From the IMG/VR virus record IMGVR_UViG_3300019477_000080, positions 1 through 55,234 of that record: a DNA stretch of 55,234 bases. The stretch is one strand, 5' to 3'. The notes under the pieces were generated by a model. It was given only the letters and a program-made list of their open reading frames with translations. It was not told where the DNA came from and made no database searches. Source of the stretch: a virus. The translations under genes and the position numbers were made by a program. The stretch's first letter is position 1. Every line of letters begins with the position of its first letter. Positions 44,699-51,528 of this stretch are shown in pieces.

Positions 44699-45140
44699 AC
44701 GGCCCGTTCCGCGACCTATCCGCAGCACGGCGAACTGGGTGTTCTTCACACGCACACGCGGGGTAGAGTTGGTTAATACCATGTTCCTCCTATCCGCCTG
44801 TGCAGCACTAGTCTCAACCAAATACACCATTGTCAAGATGCCGATGGTGTATAATGCGGGTACGCTGAATCTGACTGCCCTGTGCTACGCGCTTGCCGGT
44901 CTCGCTGCGTTGCAGTTTATCGGTATGTTCCGCGATGGGGCTTGCCGATACCGCTGGGTGTCGGCACTGGTCTTATCCATATCCTCTGCTATTTGGGCGT
45001 GGTTCGCGATTATCACATACCACAGTGCGGCATGGCTTACCAGTATCGGCGTACACAAACAGGCGTTTCTCGCCTACATTATCATGTGTGGGATTTGCTG
45101 GCTCGCTGCTGATTATATTAGGCAGGACATTACGGAATAA
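44679..45140 (+). CDS. polytopic membrane protein (about 4 TM segments)
   Basis: 153-aa hydrophobic ORF. Confidence 0.5.
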   Translation: MQQFTYRRPVPRPIRSTANWVFFTRTRGVELVNTMFLLSACAALVSTKYTIVKMPMVYNAGTLNLTALCYALAGLAALQFIGMFRDGACRYRWVSALVLSISSAIWAWFAIITYHSAAWLTSIGVHKQAFLAYIIMCGICWLAADYIRQDITE

Positions 45141-45164
45141 CTCACGTTACTAAGGGGAAGCACG

Positions 45165-45473
45165 ATGCAGGAGTTGCTGACCCCGCTAAACTTGGCTGTA
45201 TTTGGGGGATTGGTTGGTGGTCTGCGTACTGCGGCAAAGTCGGAAGACTGGTGGTTTCTACGTTTGACCGATGTGCTTATCGGGGCGATGGTGGCCGCCA
45301 GTGCGAGCCATTATGTGCCTGCTGATTCCCCTTTGAGTGCATTGCTTATCGGGGTAGTCGTTGGACGTTCGGCTGGGTACGCCGTCGATGTGGTTTATAG
45401 CCTAGTACCCCAACTGATTCCTATGCTGATTCAGTTTTTACAATCTATACAGAACACGAAAGGTGGCAAATGA
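45165..45473 (+). CDS. holin candidate (about 3 TM segments)
   Basis: 102 aa, directly upstream of and ATGA-coupled to the endolysin gene. Confidence 0.55.
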   Translation: MQELLTPLNLAVFGGLVGGLRTAAKSEDWWFLRLTDVLIGAMVAASASHYVPADSPLSALLIGVVVGRSAGYAVDVVYSLVPQLIPMLIQFLQSIQNTKGGK

Positions 45474-45955
45474 CAGGATTCACTTTAGGCAAAACGTCGC
45501 TCGCCAAGCTGGAGGGCGTACATCCCGATATGGTAAAAGTCGTCAAACTGGCGATTACATATACCACGCAAGACTTCAGTGTCCATGAGGGGCTGCGTAC
45601 CAAACAGCGTCAAGCCAACTTGGTTAAGAGCGGCGCGAGCCGTACCATGAACAGCAAGCATATTCAGCAGTCTGACGGGTACGGCCATGCTGTCGACCTT
45701 ATCCCGTGGGGCGACTTCGACGGCAATGGTACGAAAGAAATATCGTGGGCTTGGGCGCACTTTTACCATATCGCCGAAGCCATGCGCAAGGCGGCTAAAG
45801 AGCTGGGTATCCGTGTGCGTTGGGGTGGTTGCTGGTGTGCGTTGAACGATACAACCGCACCTGCTACCAAGCTGGTAGAGAACTATGTGGCTGCGCGTAA
45901 ACGTCAAGGCAAGTCGGCGTTTATCGACGGCCCGCACTTCGAGTTAGAGGGTTGA
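45470..45955 (+). CDS. endolysin, peptidase M15 (VanY / L-Ala-D-Glu peptidase-like)
   Basis: VHEGLRTKQRQ...SKH...GHAVDL...DGPHFEL zinc-peptidase signature. Confidence 0.8.
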   Translation: MTGFTLGKTSLAKLEGVHPDMVKVVKLAITYTTQDFSVHEGLRTKQRQANLVKSGASRTMNSKHIQQSDGYGHAVDLIPWGDFDGNGTKEISWAWAHFYHIAEAMRKAAKELGIRVRWGGCWCALNDTTAPATKLVENYVAARKRQGKSAFIDGPHFELEG

Positions 45956-45956
45956 T

Positions 45957-46196
45957 ATGAAGAGAATTTCATGGGTGCGCGGCGCGCGGTACTGGTATAG
46001 AATGTGGTCTGTTTGGGCTATGGTCTTGCTGGGTCTGTATCCGTACCTCGTTGAGAACCAATCCATACTGGGCGAGTACATACCTGATAAGTACCGCCCG
46101 TTGTTCGGGCTGCTGTTGTGCCTGTTGGGTGTGATTACCCGCTTGGTACAGCAGAAGCGACTTACGGATACTGTAAATAGTGAGGAGCAATCATGA
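45957..46196 (+). CDS. small membrane protein (spanin/holin-like position)
   Basis: 79 aa with two hydrophobic segments. Confidence 0.45.
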   Translation: MKRISWVRGARYWYRMWSVWAMVLLGLYPYLVENQSILGEYIPDKYRPLFGLLLCLLGVITRLVQQKRLTDTVNSEEQS

Positions 46197-46816
46197 GTTG
46201 TGGACCTGATACCACTATGCTGCGCCTTATCGTGCAGGACGTAGTGAGCCAACTGCTCAAAGATGGTACTCTGCAAGGCGGGTTGCTGGACTGCAATGAC
46301 AAGCCGATGCCCGCGCGGCGTAAGATTCCCCAGTGCGAATCCATCACGGATACCACCGTCACGAAGTTCGCGCTTGTTGGCCGCACACTGAAGCTCACGC
46401 TGTCTGACAAGACGGAGTTCGCGGTCGAGCTACCTGAAGTGCCTAAGCCGAAGTTGCCGAAAGTATCGATTACGCGTTACCATGCTACTGCGATGTTGGT
46501 GTTCGAGACCAACGAGTGTGGTACGGCGCAACAAGCGGCGGTGGGATACCATCCTAACGACGTGCGTGACCCTGATGCCACAGTGCCTTATTTCGATAAG
46601 GACGGCTCTGTCTTGGCTTGGCTGTACCCTGCGTCGGCTTCCGAGCATAGTGTGCCGGTGTACCGTGATGGCGCAGTGGTAGGTTACGGTATGGGTGCAG
46701 GGGCGGTAACGTACCTGTCGTACACTACCGGCGAGACAGATGGTACTAACCAAGGCGGTGGTACTGGCTGTGACTGTCCTAAGCTGATTGGCTTGGGTAA
46801 TCAAGAAATTAACTAG
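46193..46816 (+). CDS. fibre-associated protein with one copy of the TL-x-L-x-L-SD repeat
   Basis: VTKFALVGRTLKLTLSDKTEFAVELPEVP matches the repeat of the next gene. Confidence 0.5.
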   Translation: MSCGPDTTMLRLIVQDVVSQLLKDGTLQGGLLDCNDKPMPARRKIPQCESITDTTVTKFALVGRTLKLTLSDKTEFAVELPEVPKPKLPKVSITRYHATAMLVFETNECGTAQQAAVGYHPNDVRDPDATVPYFDKDGSVLAWLYPASASEHSVPVYRDGAVVGYGMGAGAVTYLSYTTGETDGTNQGGGTGCDCPKLIGLGNQEIN

Positions 46817-46826
46817 GAGACAATTT

Positions 46827-47858
46827 ATGGGATACCATCGTATCTTGGGTTGCAACGCAGGTTGTTGCGACACACCCGCGGCGTTGGCCTCTGTTACCCG
46901 TAACGGTGCGGTGTTGAACTTCGCCGACACTAATGGCAAACAGACCGCCATCGACCTGACCGAGCTTCTGCCTAACCTGAACGCTTTGGTCGCTGTCAGC
47001 CGCTCCGGTACTACTTTGACCTTTACAGACAACAAGGGCAAGCGTACCGCTATCGACTTGGCGGAGATTATTCCGACATTCGACGGCGTGACCGACGTGG
47101 CAGGCACTGCCCTCGGCATCCGCGTTACCATGAGTAACGGTCGGTCTAAGGACATCGACCTGTCCAAGCTGTACACCGCTCCGGTTGCGTTGAAGTCCGT
47201 TGAGCGCAATGGTAATACTCTGATGTTCACTGACACTGCGGGTAATACCAGTTCTGTTGTGCTGCCCGCAACACCCGAAGTACCGGTGGCCCTCAAATCC
47301 GCAGCGCGTAACGGCACTACCCTGACGTTCACTGACACCGCTGGCAAGGCCCACACTGTCGAGCTGGATGCCGTACCTGAAGTGCCTGTTGCGTACAAGG
47401 ACGCGAAGCTGAACGGCTCTACCCTGCGCTTCACTGACACCGCAGGTGCTATCCACGACGTGAACTTGGCAAGCCTGATTCCTGCCAGCAAAGCCGACCG
47501 CTTCCTGTCCAACGTGCAGTATGACACCAAGGCTAAGAAGTTGACGTTCACTACCTCCGCCACCGGCGAAGCCGACTCAACATTCGAAGTAAATATCGCC
47601 GACCTGCTGCCGGTAGCTGTTGGCAATGGCCTGCGCGGCGACGGTACTGCCGCCAATCCGCTTCGCGTTGACGCGACCGACCTGAATGGCGCGGGTTTGA
47701 AAGCGGTTGGTAATAGCCTCGCCGTTGACTACGACCCTGCCACTATGGAACTGAAGAACGGCAAACTGGCGGCCAAACCGCCTGTGGTACCAACAGTAGG
47801 CCATCGCCTATTGGCGAACGACGGCACAACCGTCTTAGGTAATTTGGTTAACCAATAA
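46827..47858 (+). CDS. tail fibre protein built from about 7 tandem repeats of about 34 aa
   Basis: Start trimmed to MGYHRILG (AGGAGA SD). Repeats such as ALKSVERNGNTLMFTDTAGNTSSVVLPATPEVPV. Confidence 0.65.
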   Translation: MGYHRILGCNAGCCDTPAALASVTRNGAVLNFADTNGKQTAIDLTELLPNLNALVAVSRSGTTLTFTDNKGKRTAIDLAEIIPTFDGVTDVAGTALGIRVTMSNGRSKDIDLSKLYTAPVALKSVERNGNTLMFTDTAGNTSSVVLPATPEVPVALKSAARNGTTLTFTDTAGKAHTVELDAVPEVPVAYKDAKLNGSTLRFTDTAGAIHDVNLASLIPASKADRFLSNVQYDTKAKKLTFTTSATGEADSTFEVNIADLLPVAVGNGLRGDGTAANPLRVDATDLNGAGLKAVGNSLAVDYDPATMELKNGKLAAKPPVVPTVGHRLLANDGTTVLGNLVNQ

Positions 47859-47873
47859 ATGAGGATTTAGACC

Positions 47874-48851
47874 ATGGCTGATTACACCATTATCCAAAAG
47901 TCCGACTTGGCGGCTGATTCGTTCAAGAACGACAACACCAACGGTAAGGGCGGTATCAAAATCGCCGTGTCCCCCGATAAGGGCAACCTGTTGCAGCACC
48001 GCAAGAACGGTATCTATTACGGTATCGAAGCTCCTGCCGACACCTCTAACCTGTATGTATCAACTTCACAAGGCGACGACAGCAACACCGGCACGAAGAA
48101 TGCACCTTTGAAAACTATCCGTGAAGCCCTACGCCGTAACTCTGCAAACCAAAAGTTCACTATCAATTTGAAAGAGGACGAGACGTTCGAGTGGCGCAGT
48201 TCATGGGGCGACTTCGGTAATTACGCATTCACCGTCCAGCCTTATGGTCCGCAATGGGATAATATTCGCGCAAATAATGCACCAAACACTGTTCAGTATT
48301 TACGCTCCAATAATGGCTTGCGTCCTACCATTAAGTTTATCGTAGATGCCACATTTCAGGTAGGAGGTAATACCCACGCGTTGGTACGTACGGTGTCATA
48401 CGCCACACAGACCACAGGGCAATACCCGATTACCTTCAATTATTGTGCTTTGGACTGGTCGGAGCGACCCTCTACTGACCCGAACTCCTTTATTGGTAAC
48501 GCATGGTTCGGTAGTCACGCCTCCGGTGTGTATATGCAACTCGTCGGCTGTACCTTGAAACCTAGTGCGGTATCTCCGTTGGTCGCCGCCGGTAGCCCTA
48601 GTTGGTTGCGCACGGATGCCTGTGCGCTGGATACCTCTGTCGGAAACAAGGTTATTAACATCCACGCTACTGGTTCTTTATCGTTCGCTCTGACCTCTAC
48701 CAGCCAGCGCGAGGGCGATGCTATCCAATACAGTAAGGGGCTGACTTTCATGGGCACTAGCTCTGTTGAGGAATGGAAAGCCGTGATTGAGGGCAACCGT
48801 GGCATAACGACAGGCAACATCACAACCAACCAACCATCGTTAGGAGCGTAA
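47874..48851 (+). CDS. tailspike/depolymerase candidate (right-handed beta-helix N-terminal signature)
   Basis: NLYVSTSQGDDSNTGTKNAPLKTIREAL is typical of pectate-lyase-fold proteins. Confidence 0.5.
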   Translation: MADYTIIQKSDLAADSFKNDNTNGKGGIKIAVSPDKGNLLQHRKNGIYYGIEAPADTSNLYVSTSQGDDSNTGTKNAPLKTIREALRRNSANQKFTINLKEDETFEWRSSWGDFGNYAFTVQPYGPQWDNIRANNAPNTVQYLRSNNGLRPTIKFIVDATFQVGGNTHALVRTVSYATQTTGQYPITFNYCALDWSERPSTDPNSFIGNAWFGSHASGVYMQLVGCTLKPSAVSPLVAAGSPSWLRTDACALDTSVGNKVINIHATGSLSFALTSTSQREGDAIQYSKGLTFMGTSSVEEWKAVIEGNRGITTGNITTNQPSLGA

Positions 48852-48852
48852 T

Positions 48853-49050
48853 ATGCAACCGAACAAATATGGCATTGTGTATGCCGCTGGCGCACCAAGC
48901 GGTGCGATTGAGGGCGCAACAGGATATGTAGACGAGACTACCGATTCCCTGTATGTATGGCTCGATGATGTGGGGGCATGGGAACTTCGTTTCGTAGCCG
49001 GCGAACCGGTCTACCCAGACGGCTCGCCTATCGACTATGAGTTGTTATAA
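48853..49050 (+). CDS. hypothetical protein
   Basis: 65-aa ORF with a GGAG SD. Confidence 0.45.
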   Translation: MQPNKYGIVYAAGAPSGAIEGATGYVDETTDSLYVWLDDVGAWELRFVAGEPVYPDGSPIDYELL

Positions 49051-49101
49051 GCAGAACCGCCCCGCAGCTGATACGGGGCGGTATATTGAATTGGAGATGG
49101 T

Positions 49102-49512
49102 ATGAAAATTATTCGACCGGAAGATTTGCACACGGACGACTTCCTTATCGAGCGTAATAAGGTGCGTGTGAAGAAAGAGTTGAAGAAGTACACTCTGACC
49201 TACGAGAACGCCACACGTTTTGCAGACAATATCGGCAACACCAACGACGCGGTTAACCGTCTGTACTTGCAAGTGCTGGACGGCATGGGTAAGATACACA
49301 TCGACGGTAAGCTGCGTACCCCAATCAATAACGGTGTCATCGCCCGACTGCCGAAAGATGCGCCCGTACCACTTAGTCTGATTGAGGCTGGTGTGTACGT
49401 CGGCGAGACGTTCGGTTCGATATGGGTTAACGGTAATACCCGTGAGGTGTACACCAATGGTCTGCCGGTCGGTAAGCGTATCGTCGTGGACTTAGTAGGC
49501 TTCTTCGTCTAA
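49102..49512 (+). CDS. hypothetical tail-associated protein
   Basis: 136-aa ORF with a GGAGA SD. Confidence 0.5.
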   Translation: MKIIRPEDLHTDDFLIERNKVRVKKELKKYTLTYENATRFADNIGNTNDAVNRLYLQVLDGMGKIHIDGKLRTPINNGVIARLPKDAPVPLSLIEAGVYVGETFGSIWVNGNTREVYTNGLPVGKRIVVDLVGFFV

Positions 49513-49558
49513 TCATTAGAAATTATCAACCACCTGTAAACTAAAAGGAAATTGAATC

Positions 49559-49900
49559 ATGGCAAGAATTGTAACTGAAAATGACATCGGCAAAGGCTTG
49601 GCGATTGAGGCCAACAAGCTGGTTGCCAAAGTATCCGCTGCTGCCGGTAACGCTATCCAAGCGACTGACGAGGGTCTGTTCGTAGCCACTCCTGCTGCGC
49701 CTGCCGTTGACGTACACTTGGCTGGTGCTGAGTATGAAGCTGCCACCAAGACTTTGAAACTGAAGCTGTCTGACGACACTATTGTTGAAGCTCCGTTGGG
49801 CGACCTGCTGGCTAAGGACGCTTTGAATGAAACACTGCGGGGCGAAGAAGTACAATCGCTCTCTGGTGTTACGTTGGGTTACTTGATGAAAGCTGATTAA
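49559..49900 (+). CDS. fibre-like protein carrying one TLKLKLSD repeat
   Basis: 113 aa. EAATKTLKLKLSDDTIVEAPLGDLL. Last gene of the plus-strand arm. Confidence 0.5.
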   Translation: MARIVTENDIGKGLAIEANKLVAKVSAAAGNAIQATDEGLFVATPAAPAVDVHLAGAEYEAATKTLKLKLSDDTIVEAPLGDLLAKDALNETLRGEEVQSLSGVTLGYLMKAD

Positions 49901-49916
49901 GCATAACCCGATAGAG

Positions 49917-49948
49917 AAAGCCCCTACGATGTAGGGGCTTTTGTTTTT
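49917..49948. terminator. convergence terminator (strong on plus, weaker on minus)
   Basis: aaagcccctac-gat-gtaggggcttt followed by TGTTTTT. The minus-strand side has a UUUCUCUAU tail. Confidence 0.75.
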
Positions 49949-50126
49949 ATCCCATCAACGCGCGTAAGCGACTGATGGACTCATAAACATGGTATGACTT
50001 CGGCGGCTCTCCCTCGTTCCGCACCATTACGGTACAACCTTTGGTTTCCGCTTGGACGAGCCGGATTGCGGCAATATCGACCTCGACCGTTCCTCCGGCA
50101 ATGAGATTCAGGGTAATTGTCTTCAT
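49947..50126 (-). CDS. 59-aa hypothetical protein (below the ORF-track cutoff)
   Basis: ATGA-coupled to the upstream gene. Translates MKTITLNLIAGGTVEVDIAAIRLVQAETKGCTVMVRNEGEPPKSYHVYESISRLRALMG. Confidence 0.45.
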   Translation of the reverse strand: MKTITLNLIAGGTVEVDIAAIRLVQAETKGCTVMVRNEGEPPKSYHVYESISRLRALMG

Positions 50127-50947
50127 ATTAAGCGTTCCAGTTTCTCTACGATGGTTTCCAAAATACCTGCGTACATTACCATATCCGCGGCCACGTCGTC
50201 AGGGTTGTTCGACATGTCGAACCGCGACAGCTCTTCCTCGCCCTCGTAGTACACCGTCAGGTTGTTGTTGCTGGTACAGACCTGTACGTCCAAGCCGGCA
50301 TCCAACTCGATGTCCACGGCAGTGCATACAGTGTGCTTGCCAAGTGCCGAGACCAGTGCTTTAGGGTTGACGATAACCCCGCCTGCCGATACGCCCAGTT
50401 CTTTGTTTGTGAACTTACGACGCTCGCCCAAGCTGTAACCCTCACAATCATGCTCGCCGAATTTAGCCGCTTCAAGGATACAACTGATAGGGTAGTTCAG
50501 CAACGTGGTCTTGCGCTTGCCATCGCCATCTACCAGTGGTAGCAACTCAAGCATCTTCTTGTCAGTCAGACCGAAGCCTGCGATGTATACGCTTTCCGGA
50601 CGGTGCTTGGCGCGGAACAACAGGAAATCGTAATGGTAATACGAGATGGGGGTACGGGCCTTGACGTTACCCAACGCAATCTCGCTAAGCTCATTGAACG
50701 GCATCTCACGGGTATCCTCGGCTTGCAATCGTTCTATCTCTGCAAGCACTGCGCCTTTAGGTAGGACGTGCTTACCGACACGCAGTCGGATACCATACTG
50801 GTTGCCTTGTGCCAAGCCGTGCGTGATACCACAGACACCGGCGAAGTCTTTGATTACTGGGGCATCGGCGGAGATACGCAGCACATCGGTCAGAGCCACA
50901 GGCTCTTCGTAGTCCAAGCGGATAATAGAGGTGGTAAATTTATTCAT
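50123..50947 (-). CDS. RdgC-like recombination-associated protein (tentative)
   Basis: 274 aa. Size and the C-terminal pattern (...EELSRFDMSNNPDDVAADMVMYAGILETIVEKL) recall RdgC. Confidence 0.3.
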   Translation of the reverse strand: MNKFTTSIIRLDYEEPVALTDVLRISADAPVIKDFAGVCGITHGLAQGNQYGIRLRVGKHVLPKGAVLAEIERLQAEDTREMPFNELSEIALGNVKARTPISYYHYDFLLFRAKHRPESVYIAGFGLTDKKMLELLPLVDGDGKRKTTLLNYPISCILEAAKFGEHDCEGYSLGERRKFTNKELGVSAGGVIVNPKALVSALGKHTVCTAVDIELDAGLDVQVCTSNNNLTVYYEGEEELSRFDMSNNPDDVAADMVMYAGILETIVEKLERLI

Positions 50948-50949
50948 GG

Positions 50950-51528
50950 TTAGTCCTCAAATACGGGTATGGGTGTTGTCTTGCCGTTAATCATAGTGTT
51001 CACACGGTCAACACCGAAGCGCGTATCCACAGTAGAATTTACCTTAGACACGGCATATATGATTTGCGATGCCGACAGCCGTTCAGCAACATGGTTAATG
51101 GCGATGGCGGAAATAGTAGCAGGGTCTGCGCCCTCACAAACCATACGCGTATGCTCACGCACCCACACGCCGTTACCCGTAGCGTGGTCGAAGCAGTTGA
51201 ACGTAAATACAAAATTACGCTTGTCTGCGCTTATATCTATCTCGCTGGCGAATGGTAACAATTCCGGCGCACCGGTGGTCACAACGGCAACACCAACGGC
51301 ATTCATTGTTGGGTACTCGTCCATGAAAGAGTAACCGCCAGCGTCAATACGCCTTACTACTTCACGCCAATGGCGTTCGATGGCATCAAGATTGCCGCTG
51401 TACCCGATACTCAAGGTAAACTCGCCGTTATGATGGGTACGAATTTTGTGTGCAAGCTCACGACTGTCGTTGCGAGTGCAGCCGTTGTCTGCTGCAAGCT
51501 CGCCGTCTTTATACACGATAAGTGTCAT
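50950..51528 (-). CDS. Ntn-hydrolase, HslV/proteasome beta-subunit-like
   Basis: Start trimmed to M-TLIVYKDGELAADNG (Thr at position 2; GGAG SD; ATGA overlap). AHKIRTHH...IGYSGNLDA parallels HslV KKVRRL...AGFAGGTADA. Confidence 0.45.
   Translation of the reverse strand: MTLIVYKDGELAADNGCTRNDSRELAHKIRTHHNGEFTLSIGYSGNLDAIERHWREVVRRIDAGGYSFMDEYPTMNAVGVAVVTTGAPELLPFASEIDISADKRNFVFTFNCFDHATGNGVWVREHTRMVCEGADPATISAIAINHVAERLSASQIIYAVSKVNSTVDTRFGVDRVNTMINGKTTPIPVFED

Noticed and set aside
46430-47656. 408-aa minus-strand ORF (also 46809..47456).
   Set aside because: It is antisense to the repeat-built fibre gene. The low-complexity Ser/Val/Arg composition arises from the repeats.
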